This document shows positions 44,594-52,715 of a stretch of DNA of 64,000 nt, piece after piece. The stretch comes from Patescibacteria group bacterium (GTDB lineage Bacteria > Patescibacteriota > Gracilibacteria > Peribacterales > Peribacteraceae). The first letter of the stretch is position 1; the number at the start of each line of letters is the position of its first letter. The notes beneath the pieces are model-generated. The model worked only from the letters and a program-made list of their open reading frames with translations, had not been told where the DNA came from and ran no database searches. The DNA lies in contig JALQTW010000001.1 in NCBI GenBank assembly GCA_023263945.1, positions 117,741 to 181,740 of the forward strand, given 5' to 3'. The translations under genes and the position numbers were made by a program.

Positions 44594-45844
44594 TTGCACT
44601 TCATGAAACCCCTCTTTCGTACAGCTACTATCGTTTTTTTGCCGCTTCTCACACTCGTTTTGGGTGTGGCTGGCGGTATGAGTTACATGAAGCATCAACA
44701 GGAGATGCAATATGGAGAGCTCGCGAATTTTTATGGTGGGCAGGCGGGGAGTGGGAACACGGTCATGCATGATCCTGAAACGGAGGTAGATCTCACCATC
44801 CTCTGGGATGTGTGGAGGCGGCTTCAGACAAATTACATTGAACCGAAGGAGCTGAAGATTAATGACATGGTATATGGCGCCGTACACGGTGCGGTGGATG
44901 CTATTGGAGATCCCTATACGGTCTTCATGACGCCTACAGAAAACCGGGATTTCCAGTCTGCATTGAATGGTCACCTGGAAGGAATTGGTGCGGAACTATC
45001 ACTGAAAGAAGGTTCCATCACGGTGGTTGCTCCTATTAAAGGATCACCAGCCGCACGTGCAGGACTCCTGCCCAATGACATCATCACGAAAGTGGATCAT
45101 CAGAATATTGAAGGACTTCGTTTGGATGAAGTGGTTTCCAAAATTCGTGGAAAGAAAGGAACGAGTGTTGTGCTGACGTTGTATCGTGACGGAGAAGTGG
45201 AACCGATCGATCTTTCTATCGTCCGTGACAGCATTCAAATTCCCAGTGTGGATTCCAGCATCATCGAAACATCGTCAGGATCCATTGCTCTCATTGCGCT
45301 CAATTTCTTTGGTGATGACTCTGTGTCCGAAATGCGAAAAGCTGTGAATGCTATCGATCAAAAACAAGTGAAAGGTGTTATTCTAGATCTCCGTTTCAAT
45401 GGAGGAGGTCTTCTGGATGCCGCAGTGGATATCACATCCATGTTCCTTAAATCTGGAAAAGTCGTAGAAGTGGAGCGCCGCGATGCACCGCTGGAAACCC
45501 ACTTTGTGAATGGTCAGCCTATTCTGCCCACTCTCCCCATGGTTGTTCTGATCAATGAGGGGTCTGCATCTGCATCAGAAATCGTTGCAGGGGCGCTGCA
45601 AGATAACAAACGTGCAACCATCGTTGGTACACAGAGCTTTGGGAAAGGAACGGTGCAGGAGGTTCTAGACTTACCAGGAGGAGCGAGTCTCCGTGTGACG
45701 GTTGCTCGCTGGCTCACGCCGAATGGACTGAATCTTGGCAAAAAAGGTGTGACACCGGATATCGTTTCCAAGAGAACAACGGAGGACTATGAAAATGATA
45801 GGGATCCGCAACTAGAAAAGGCGGAGGAGGTATTGTTGAAGTAG
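44594..45844 (+). CDS. carboxy-terminal processing protease (peptidase S41) with a PDZ domain
   Basis: 416 aa with an N-terminal TM helix, a PDZ domain (GSPAARAGLLPNDIITKVD), LDLRFNGGGLL, and the catalytic context GSASASEI ... GKGTVQ. Confidence 0.85.
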   Translation: MHFMKPLFRTATIVFLPLLTLVLGVAGGMSYMKHQQEMQYGELANFYGGQAGSGNTVMHDPETEVDLTILWDVWRRLQTNYIEPKELKINDMVYGAVHGAVDAIGDPYTVFMTPTENRDFQSALNGHLEGIGAELSLKEGSITVVAPIKGSPAARAGLLPNDIITKVDHQNIEGLRLDEVVSKIRGKKGTSVVLTLYRDGEVEPIDLSIVRDSIQIPSVDSSIIETSSGSIALIALNFFGDDSVSEMRKAVNAIDQKQVKGVILDLRFNGGGLLDAAVDITSMFLKSGKVVEVERRDAPLETHFVNGQPILPTLPMVVLINEGSASASEIVAGALQDNKRATIVGTQSFGKGTVQEVLDLPGGASLRVTVARWLTPNGLNLGKKGVTPDIVSKRTTEDYENDRDPQLEKAEEVLLK

Positions 45845-45850
45845 CTAGAA

Positions 45851-45903
45851 GCTAGTTGCTAGCAGCTAGAGAGGTTTATCGTAAAAAGAAACTAGCGACT
45901 AGC
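45851..45903. repeat. CTAG-word hairpin between the convergent S41 protease gene and ndk
   Basis: GCTAGTTGCTAGC (45851-45863) pairs at 11/13 positions with ACTAGCGACTAGC (45891-45903). Flanking GCTAGAAGCTAG / CCTCTAGTAAC words extend it. Confidence 0.6.
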
Positions 45904-45920
45904 CTCTAGTAACTACTTTC

Positions 45921-46340
45921 TTAGTATGAAAATAATTCTTCGTCTTTAAAAAATCTCTTTATTTCTTTCTCCGCTGTCTCTGCACTATCCGACGCATGGG
46001 CAACATTGACCATCATGTCCGTACCAAATTCTGCGCGGATTGTTCCTGGTGCCGCTTTGCGGCTATCGGTCACTCCTAACATATCGCGCATGGTTGCAAT
46101 CACGTTGTTTGCTTCCAATGCGAGGGCGATGACGGGCTTGGATGTCATGAACTCTTCAATCTCCGGATAGAAGGGTTTATCCGCAACGTGTGCGTAATGT
46201 TCCTTCCAAAGCGATGCATCAGGCTCAATCATCTTGCAGCCGATGATACGGAATCCCGCTTCCTCAAAACGTGAAATGACTTTTCCACAGAAACGGCCGG
46301 CAACGGCATCTGGCTTTAAGAGGATGAGTGTGCGTTCCAT
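45921..46340 (-). CDS. ndk: nucleoside diphosphate kinase
   Basis: 139 aa. MERTLILLKPDAV ... NVAHASDS. Confidence 0.9.
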   Translation of the reverse strand: MERTLILLKPDAVAGRFCGKVISRFEEAGFRIIGCKMIEPDASLWKEHYAHVADKPFYPEIEEFMTSKPVIALALEANNVIATMRDMLGVTDSRKAAPGTIRAEFGTDMMVNVAHASDSAETAEKEIKRFFKDEELFSY

Positions 46341-46371
46341 AGAGTGCGAGGATGGTAGCGGAAAGAATATT

Positions 46372-46433
46372 AGAATAATAGAGTAATAGAATAATAGGAA
46401 TCACGACCTAGTACTCTAGTATTCTATTATTCT
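46372..46433. repeat. 26-bp imperfect hairpin between the M16 peptidase gene and ndk
   Basis: AGAATAATAGAGTAATAGAATAATAG (46372-46397) pairs with CTAGTACTCTAGTATTCTATTATTCT (46408-46433) at 22/26 positions, with a 10-nt loop. Confidence 0.7.
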
Positions 46434-46454
46434 CCACTTTTTACTTTCTATGCC

Positions 46455-47714
46455 TCAATCCAGTAAGTGGAGTAATGCTTCCTTTTTCTCTTCTTTTCCA
46501 ATCACGGCAAGGCGCAGGTTGCTTGTGATGAGGAGTTTTCGTGCCAGTGCATTCACTTGATCCAGCGTCACATCGTCAATCGCTTTCATGTAATCTGGAA
46601 TATCCCGCACTTTGGGGTAGAGCAGTTGTTGTTTCCCATAGAAATGAGCACGCTCTTCGGAATCTTCCAGGGAGAGTGTTACTTTTCCTTTCAAGAAATC
46701 CTTCGCACGTTTCAGTTCATCTTTTGTAATGCCATCTTTCGCACACACGTCGTACTCATGGCGAATCAGGCTAATCGCTTCATGCAGACGGCTTGTATCT
46801 ACTCCTGCACGGGTCGAGAGAATGCCGACGTCCATGTAGTTATCCGTTGATGTCGAAATGTAATAGCACATGCCTTTTGCCTCGCGGATGTTGAGGAACA
46901 TGCGGGAACTCATGGAGCCACCAAGAACAGCCGCCAAAATCTTCTGCGCAAAGTGATCTGGATCTTGCGAGGAGACTCCCTGCACTCCCAGTACAAGGTG
47001 TGCCTGCTCGGTTGGCTTTGTTCTTAGGAAGAGCCTTTCTGTAGGGCAGGCGCCAAGAGGTTGCCATTCGCGTGCTTTCTTGCCACCCACAGAGCCAAAA
47101 TACGTCTCTGCAAGTTTCATGCCATCTTTCTCTGTAATGTTTCCTGCAAAGGTCACCACTAAGTTATCTGGTGTATAGAACGAATTCTTATGCCGCATGA
47201 AATCCTTCTGATTTACGGAACGAATGACGTCTTCTGTTCCAATGGTGTCCCAGCCAAGCGGCTGATCTCCAAAAAGAAGCTGCTCGAAGTCCCATCCTGT
47301 CTGATACATGGGTGTATCCTGATACATCCTGTACTCCTCAATAATCACACCACGTTCTTTCTCAATTTCTTCTTGTGGGAATGTTGCATGAATCAACATG
47401 TCTGAAAGAACATCGCAGGCAAGCTCTGTGTGTGTTGCTTCTACCTTCACATAATACCCCGCATATTCTTTGCCTGTGAATGCATTGAAGTCTCCGCCTA
47501 TGGCATCAATGGCCATGCTAACCTGCGCAGCAGATGTGTATTTCTTTCCCCCCTTGAAGAACATGTGTTCTAGGAAGTGACTGATGCCGCGCTCAGCGTT
47601 CACTTCGTAGCGCGAACCGGCACCGGCAAACACGAGCACCGTGACAGCAGCGGTTCCTTGAACGGGAGCTATCAGAACAGGAAGACCAGAAGGGAGACGA
47701 TTGAGGGTGAACAT
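46455..47714 (-). CDS. M16-family (pitrilysin/insulinase-like) zinc peptidase
   Basis: The internal ATG at 47714 gives MFTLNRLPSGLPVLIA.... It has the HFLEHMFFKG (HxxEH) motif. The longer track ORF would read through palindromic repeats. Confidence 0.8.
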   Translation of the reverse strand: MFTLNRLPSGLPVLIAPVQGTAAVTVLVFAGAGSRYEVNAERGISHFLEHMFFKGGKKYTSAAQVSMAIDAIGGDFNAFTGKEYAGYYVKVEATHTELACDVLSDMLIHATFPQEEIEKERGVIIEEYRMYQDTPMYQTGWDFEQLLFGDQPLGWDTIGTEDVIRSVNQKDFMRHKNSFYTPDNLVVTFAGNITEKDGMKLAETYFGSVGGKKAREWQPLGACPTERLFLRTKPTEQAHLVLGVQGVSSQDPDHFAQKILAAVLGGSMSSRMFLNIREAKGMCYYISTSTDNYMDVGILSTRAGVDTSRLHEAISLIRHEYDVCAKDGITKDELKRAKDFLKGKVTLSLEDSEERAHFYGKQQLLYPKVRDIPDYMKAIDDVTLDQVNALARKLLITSNLRLAVIGKEEKKEALLHLLD

Positions 47715-47722
47715 CGGGGGGA

Positions 47723-47751
47723 AGTCTAAGGCGGAACATGCCAAATACCAA
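47723..47751 (-). promoter_or_regulatory. candidate leaderless promoter (TTGGTA-17-TAGACT-8 nt-ATG)
   Basis: Read on the minus strand: -35 at 47746-47751 (inside the CCAAATACCAAA word), -10 at 47723-47728, ATG at 47714. Confidence 0.45.
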
Positions 47752-47773
47752 ATTCTAAATTCCAAACGGGAGG

Positions 47774-47823
47774 TAGCGGCAGCTCCGGAGCTGCCGCTAG
47801 CAGCGAGCCATGGCTCGCTGCTA
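47774..47823. repeat. two abutting perfect 26-nt palindromes
   Basis: TAGCGGCAGCTCCGGAGCTGCCGCTA (47774-47799) and TAGCAGCGAGCCATGGCTCGCTGCTA (47798-47823). They share the central TA, and each is its own reverse complement. Confidence 0.9.
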
Positions 47824-47831
47824 CAAAGATA

Positions 47832-47860
47832 TTGGCAACCTATCATCTCTCCTCTACAAT
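47832..47860 (+). promoter_or_regulatory. candidate leaderless promoter of rpmH (TTGGCA-17-TACAAT-9 nt-ATG)
   Basis: -35 at 47832-47837, -10 at 47855-47860, ATG at 47870. Confidence 0.5.
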
Positions 47861-47869
47861 GCCGCGGTC

Positions 47870-48013
47870 ATGTTAGGAAAGACACGTTGGCGTCGGCGTC
47901 TCCGCAGGCACGGATTCCTTGCTCGGAGCAAAAGTAAAACAGGTCGCAAAGTCCTGAAACGTCGTCGTGCACAGGGGAGGAAAAGAATCGCGGTGCAGAA
48001 GAAATTGAAATAG
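47870..48013 (+). CDS. rpmH: 50S ribosomal protein L34
   Basis: The internal ATG at 47870 gives MLGKTRWRRRLRRHGFLARSKSKTGRKVLKRRRAQGRKRIAV... Confidence 0.85.
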   Translation: MLGKTRWRRRLRRHGFLARSKSKTGRKVLKRRRAQGRKRIAVQKKLK

Positions 48014-48080
48014 CCACGAGCTGTGAGCTTTGAGACACGAGCTACGAGTTTTTCTCGTATCTCGAAACTCGTGCCTCAAG
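48014..48080. repeat. CACGAG/CTCGTG-word quasi-palindrome and terminator after rpmH
   Basis: The centre is GCTACGAG-TTTTT-CTCGTATC (48041-48061). The outer words CACGAG (48015, 48036) pair with CTCGTG (48068-48073). Confidence 0.6.
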
Positions 48081-48096
48081 GGTGTATCCTCATTCC

Positions 48097-48408
48097 ATGC
48101 TTGAAGCCCTCCACCGTGTCAGTGCATTCTTCTTCTATCTCTTTGCATGCTTGGCAATTGGAGGAGCAATGCTTTTGCACCGAGACGGAACACCTGCATT
48201 CTGGATTCCCATCGTCCATTCGTTCGATCTTCCATTGATTCTAGTGGCCATGATCTATGGAGGAACAAGTTTGTATGGAGGGCTCGTTCAAAGGGGTATG
48301 CATTCGCGCACGCTCATGCTGGTTATTGCTGTACCTCTGCTTCTTCTCTTTGTACTGTTTGTTTTTTTGAATTTTGCATTCCCCGTGACGCTTCCGTCCG
48401 CACCCTAA
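48097..48408 (+). CDS. hypothetical small membrane protein (3 TM helices)
   Basis: ATG at 48097 gives MLEALHRVSAFFFYLFACLAIGGAML.... The track start is a GTG at 48082. Confidence 0.45.
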   Translation: MLEALHRVSAFFFYLFACLAIGGAMLLHRDGTPAFWIPIVHSFDLPLILVAMIYGGTSLYGGLVQRGMHSRTLMLVIAVPLLLLFVLFVFLNFAFPVTLPSAP

Positions 48409-48940
48409 TGGTACGATCTGGAAAATCCAGGAACTGATTCACCGCACGCGCTACCGTGAAGAGGTAATCGCTCAATCGATTCACATAGACGATAAGTGCC
48501 GTATTCACGTCTTCATCCTGCATCAAATCTACAATCCATCGTTCAGCACGACGACAGACGGTTCGTGCATTGTGGAGGAGCGATGCAGATTCAGATCCAC
48601 CAGGCAGAATGAAGGTCGTCAGCTCGGGCAGATTCTTCGTATGAAGATCAATCCATCGTTCCATGTCTGCAACTTTTTCCAGTCCCATGCGCGGAACATT
48701 CACCGGTTCTTTGAGAGGTGTTGCCAGGTCCGATCCTACTAAAAAAAGTGTATGTTGAATGTCATCCAACTCTTCGCGAATGCTCTGCGGCAAATCATGT
48801 CGTGACAGAATGACCCCTAAGAGGGAATTGAGTTCATCAATCGTCCCGTATGCGTGAAGACGTGCGGCTGCTTTGGAGACGCGATCTCCTCCGAAGAGGC
48901 CCGTGGTGCCTTTATCGCCTGCGCGTGTGTAGATCTTCAT
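48323..48940 (-). CDS. PduO-type ATP:cob(I)alamin adenosyltransferase family protein
   Basis: MKIYTRAGDKGTTGLFGGDRVSK...YGTIDELNS... are family hallmarks. It overlaps pheT by 4 nt and the convergent membrane-protein ORF by 86 nt. Confidence 0.8.
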   Translation of the reverse strand: MKIYTRAGDKGTTGLFGGDRVSKAAARLHAYGTIDELNSLLGVILSRHDLPQSIREELDDIQHTLFLVGSDLATPLKEPVNVPRMGLEKVADMERWIDLHTKNLPELTTFILPGGSESASLLHNARTVCRRAERWIVDLMQDEDVNTALIVYVNRLSDYLFTVARAVNQFLDFPDRTIRVRTEASRGMQNSKKQTVQREEAEVQQ

Positions 48941-51294
48941 GCGTTTTTGAGCAGAGCCACTATTTTACCATGAACGGGGCTCACATCACTCTCGGTCAAT
49001 GTTCTGTCTGGTGCACGGTACGTAAACCGCAGTGTGATGCGCTCATCGTTTCCTTTCTTATAGAGATCGACCGTCTGAATATCTTCCAGAAGTGCATCCA
49101 CTCCCCGTAGTTTCTTGAGAAGTTCCTTCATCGCACTCTTCTTCGTGAGCGCGATAGTTTCATCGTACGAAATGGCCGGGAAGGGAGGAACTGTTTTCGT
49201 CACTTTTGTAGTAGGTTCCCTTTGAAGAAGAAGATCCACATTCAATGTTGCCGCTGCAATAGGGTAAGTGAATCCAAATGCAGCTTGAATGGAAGGATGA
49301 AGTGTGCCGATAGTTCCTACTTTTGTTCCCTGAACAAGAACATCGGCTCGTTGCCCTGGATGAAGTTGTGCATCGCCCTTCTTCAACTGTTGGAGCTCTG
49401 CGGAATGTCCGGCCGCGTTCAGCGCTCGAATGAGATCTTGTTTGAGGAGGAGGAAAGGATGATTCAGAAGTCCCGGTTCGTTTTTACTTGCAAGTACAAG
49501 CGTGAGCGCAAATCTCTCCGGAGAACCTGCTTCAAACACATTTCCCATTTCAAATCCCCGAAGCGCATTCGACGCTGCCGGAAGCTCGCGGCTCAGAACA
49601 TCCAGAAGAGAAGGGAGAAGACTTGGATGCATGAGAGAGAGTTCTTCTCCAAGAGGATTCTGAATGGCGATGCAGCTTGCAGGATCAAACCCCGCTTTTG
49701 TGAGGAGTTCAGGACTGCTAAACGCAAGATTCACAAACTCGATCCATCCATCTTCTTTGAGGGCAGATCGCACATCGGCAATACGAGGATCTCGCACGGG
49801 TGGTTCCAGTCTTGCTGCAGGCATGTCTGCCTTGATGGCGTTGTACCCCACCATGCGTGCAATCTCTTCCACAATATCAGCAGGTTGCGTGAGGTCATGC
49901 TGCCTCCAGAGAGGAGGTTTGATGGAAAGTTTTTTCGTTCCTGTCACTGCGCACCCAACATCTTTCAAAATTTGGATAATCTTTTTGGAAGGAATCTCCT
50001 GTCCGATCATTCGATCGATAAAAGATTGCTCGACGGTGATGGTCTTCGGTTTTCCGTTTGTTCCCCATGTTTCCAATTTCGATGTGATCGTCGCTCCCGG
50101 TAATAGTGTCAGGAAAAGATCCAAAGCCCTGTAAAAGCCCTGTTCACAGGTGACTGGTGCAATATCTTTCTCATAGACCGTTGCGGCATCGGTCCTGTGG
50201 CCCGTTGCAATGATCGCCTTACGAATACTGGCACCGTGAACAACAGCACTGTGGAGAAAGACTGTTCGGGTTGAATCCTTTGTGCCACTTCGCAGTCCCC
50301 CCATGATGCCAAGGAGATCGAAAATACCTTCATCATCGCTTATCACCACAGCACCTTCGGATAGAACTCGTTCAACACCATCAAGTGTGATAATTTTCTC
50401 GCCCTCTTCTGCTATACGCATGGTGATGTTTCCCTGAAAATCAGCAGGATCAAAACTGTGGAGCGGCATTCCTTGTTCGTACTGCACGTAATTTGTGATG
50501 TCGATTGGCAGATTGATCGATCTACACCCACATGCAGCAAGTCGTTCCCTCATCCACGCAGGTGTTTCCGACATGTCATCAAAAGAAATAGTGCATGCCA
50601 GGTAGCGTGGAATGAGTTTTGGAATGCGCGATGTTATTTTGAAGGGGAGAGCATTCTTGGGAAACGTTGGACGTTTTGCAGATTTTTCCTTCTTCCAGGT
50701 TGCAAGCCCCAGTGCAACACACTCGCGTGCCACACCAACATGCGAAAAGAGATCTGGTCGGTTCGTAATGGCGTGGTTATCAATATGGAAGACAACATCA
50801 TCCATGTTTAGTGCTTGTTTGAGAGAAGTACCTACTTTTAGATCCATCGAGGAGAGATCCACAATCGGTCGTTCTCCATCTTCTGGTTTTGGAGCGAACG
50901 GAAGTTCCAATTCTTCCGCGGCGCAAATCATTCCTTCACTCGCTTCCCCACGAATCTTCACAGGCTGTAGTTCCATCACTTCTCCGCCATGCCACTTCAC
51001 TGTTGCTCCACTGTGCGCAAAGGCAACAAGCATACCTTCATAAAGATTCGTTCCTCCGCAAACAACGCGCTTTGTTCCTTTATCAGTTTGCACATCAACG
51101 AGGGACAATTTGTCAGCATTCGGATGCTTCGCGATCTTCATGACTTTTCCTACAACACAGTGTTGTAAGAAGCGTCCCTGTAATTCTGTGTCATCCACCT
51201 CTCCCGTGCCTTTTGTCAGTGCATCAGCAATCTTCAGGGGATCATTCTCTTTCCAGGTGATGAAGTCGGAGAGCCAATTTCGGGAGATCTTCAT
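48937..51294 (-). CDS. pheT: phenylalanine--tRNA ligase beta subunit
   Basis: 785 aa. MKISRNWLSDFI..., with tRNA-binding, B3/B4, B5 and FDX-ACB-like regions. pheS is not adjacent. Confidence 0.9.
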   Translation of the reverse strand: MKISRNWLSDFITWKENDPLKIADALTKGTGEVDDTELQGRFLQHCVVGKVMKIAKHPNADKLSLVDVQTDKGTKRVVCGGTNLYEGMLVAFAHSGATVKWHGGEVMELQPVKIRGEASEGMICAAEELELPFAPKPEDGERPIVDLSSMDLKVGTSLKQALNMDDVVFHIDNHAITNRPDLFSHVGVARECVALGLATWKKEKSAKRPTFPKNALPFKITSRIPKLIPRYLACTISFDDMSETPAWMRERLAACGCRSINLPIDITNYVQYEQGMPLHSFDPADFQGNITMRIAEEGEKIITLDGVERVLSEGAVVISDDEGIFDLLGIMGGLRSGTKDSTRTVFLHSAVVHGASIRKAIIATGHRTDAATVYEKDIAPVTCEQGFYRALDLFLTLLPGATITSKLETWGTNGKPKTITVEQSFIDRMIGQEIPSKKIIQILKDVGCAVTGTKKLSIKPPLWRQHDLTQPADIVEEIARMVGYNAIKADMPAARLEPPVRDPRIADVRSALKEDGWIEFVNLAFSSPELLTKAGFDPASCIAIQNPLGEELSLMHPSLLPSLLDVLSRELPAASNALRGFEMGNVFEAGSPERFALTLVLASKNEPGLLNHPFLLLKQDLIRALNAAGHSAELQQLKKGDAQLHPGQRADVLVQGTKVGTIGTLHPSIQAAFGFTYPIAAATLNVDLLLQREPTTKVTKTVPPFPAISYDETIALTKKSAMKELLKKLRGVDALLEDIQTVDLYKKGNDERITLRFTYRAPDRTLTESDVSPVHGKIVALLKNA

Positions 51295-51340
51295 GAGGGT
51301 AGGGTAGCGGGAGGAGGCAATGGAGGGTAGAGGGATCTCT

Positions 51341-51417
51341 GAAGAAGGCAGAAGACAGAAGGCAGAAATTAGATAACTTAAAACTCTGCCTTCTGATTTC
51401 TGGTTTCTGACTTCTTT
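51341..51417. repeat. CAGAAG-word hairpin between the lipoprotein gene and pheT
   Basis: GAAGAAGGCAGAAGACAGAAGGCAGAAAT ... CTGCCTTCTGATTTCTGGTTTCTGACTTCTTT. CAGAAGGCAG (51356-51365) pairs perfectly with CTGCCTTCTG (51386-51395). Confidence 0.7.
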
Positions 51418-51842
51418 TACTCCTTTATCTCAAACTGCAATGCACGTGCATCCCCATTCGTTTCGTCACCCACTTTCACCACCATCATGTACTGGCCTAC
51501 CGGCCAGTCAGACTCTTTATTTAGCTCAAACTTTGCGAGATCTAAATTGGGACTTGCCGTCACGGAATACGATGTGAAGTAATTTTTATCGTCTCCAAAT
51601 TTCCAGAAAGCAACAACGGGCACTTCCCCTTTTACATTCTCGATCTGTGCATTGAAGACGATGTGCCTATCGGAAGGCTTAAAGACCAACGCGGAGTTTT
51701 TAATCTGATCATGTTCATCGCGCTCAAGACCTGCGCTCAGTGTTCCTACCGTTGTCTCCGGCGCATCCTTCACCTGCCCAGAAACAGATGCCTGACAGGC
51801 GGTGAGGAAGAGGAGAGTCGATGCAAGAATGAGTTTCTTCAT
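51417..51842 (-). CDS. hypothetical lipoprotein
   Basis: 141 aa. MKKLILASTLLFLTAC has a lipobox (LTAC). No family recognised. Confidence 0.65.
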   Translation of the reverse strand: MKKLILASTLLFLTACQASVSGQVKDAPETTVGTLSAGLERDEHDQIKNSALVFKPSDRHIVFNAQIENVKGEVPVVAFWKFGDDKNYFTSYSVTASPNLDLAKFELNKESDWPVGQYMMVVKVGDETNGDARALQFEIKE

Positions 51843-51870
51843 GCAATAAGGATATAACAGGTGATTGATG

Positions 51871-51899
51871 AAAAGAAGACAGAAATCAGAAGGCAGAAG
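51871..51899. repeat. CAGAAG-word arm upstream of the lipoprotein gene
   Basis: AAAAGAAGACAGAAATCAGAAGGCAGAAG. The 17-mer at 51880-51896 is the exact reverse complement of 51386-51402. Confidence 0.8.
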
Positions 51900-52003
51900 C
51901 CAGTGTGGCGGAGAGGCCGGCTCCGCTCCGCTTCGCCGAGCCTGATTCCTTTAAATGTGACAAGCCATCTCGGCGTAGTCCCGCGTAGCGGGACGAAGTC
52001 GGA

Positions 52004-52093
52004 TGGCGGAGAGGGGGGGATTCGAACCCCCGAGACCCTTGCAGGTCTACACGCTTTCCAAGCGTGCGCACTAGGCCACTATGCGACCTCTCC
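52004..52093 (-). tRNA. tRNA-Ser (anticodon GGA), long variable arm, CCA encoded
   Basis: Minus strand: acceptor GGAGAGG/CCTCTCC, anticodon stem CACGC/GCGTG with loop TTGGAAA, variable arm AGACCTGCAAGGGTCT, T arm GGGGG-TTCGAAT-CCCCC. Confidence 0.9.
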
Positions 52094-52155
52094 ATTTGTT
52101 GACAACTTAAGAACACGGGGCAGTATACCCAAAGTACTTTTTCTATCCATATCTT

Positions 52156-52443
52156 ATGTCTGACTTATTGGAATTACGCATAACGGCTTTGGAGCAAGAG
52201 ATGAAGGCTGTTCGCGATCGAAACGAGCGTGTTGAATTAGATAAGACATGGGAAACAAGCTGGATCCGAATGATCGTCATTACCATTCTTACCTACGTTT
52301 TTGCCTCCACTTTCTTATACCTCATTGAAGTTCCTCATTATTTTTTGAGCAGTATCGTTCCGGCGTTCGGATTTATTCTCTCCGTACAATCGATCCCCAT
52401 GATAAAAAAATGGTGGATATCTAAAAGATCTAACAACCAATAA
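52156..52443 (+). CDS. hypothetical small membrane protein (coiled-coil N-terminus, 2 TM helices)
   Basis: 95 aa. A TTGACA-17-AGTATA promoter-like site lies at 52098-52126. Confidence 0.5.
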   Translation: MSDLLELRITALEQEMKAVRDRNERVELDKTWETSWIRMIVITILTYVFASTFLYLIEVPHYFLSSIVPAFGFILSVQSIPMIKKWWISKRSNNQ

Positions 52444-52458
52444 CTAACAACTAAAAAC

Positions 52459-52668
52459 TTACACCGGCTTTCCCTCACTCATCCTCTTTGCCAATGTCCT
52501 CAAGTACGCTGTCGAAACCTTCATTGTTTTGTACGTTCCTGTTTGAGGGTCAAATACGCGCTTCTTCTGAATATTTGCACGGAAGACACGGCGTGTTGCG
52601 CGCAGCGAGTGGCTGCGGCGGTTTCCGCTGGAGTTTCCTTTGCCGGTCTTTTCACAACGATGAGCCAT
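52459..52668 (-). CDS. rpmB: 50S ribosomal protein L28
   Basis: 69 aa. MAHRCEKTGKGNSSGNRRSHSLRATRRVFRANIQKKR. Confidence 0.85.
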   Translation of the reverse strand: MAHRCEKTGKGNSSGNRRSHSLRATRRVFRANIQKKRVFDPQTGTYKTMKVSTAYLRTLAKRMSEGKPV

Positions 52669-52677
52669 TGGGAGGGT

Positions 52678-52706
52678 ACTCTAGCGAGGAAATAAGAGGG
52701 GGTCAA
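52678..52706 (-). promoter_or_regulatory. candidate leaderless promoter of rpmB (TTGACC-17-TAGAGT-9 nt-ATG)
   Basis: Read on the minus strand: -35 at 52701-52706, -10 at 52678-52683, ATG at 52668. Confidence 0.45.
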
Positions 52707-52715
52707 TGCTCCTTT

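Noticed and set aside
51861-52163. ORFs of 100 aa and 76 aa, and a possible second tRNA at 51906-52003
   Set aside because: The ORFs overlap tRNA-Ser. The upstream segment shares only the last 11 nt of the tRNA and cannot be folded into a cloverleaf, because it has no T-arm and no complementary acceptor 5' strand.
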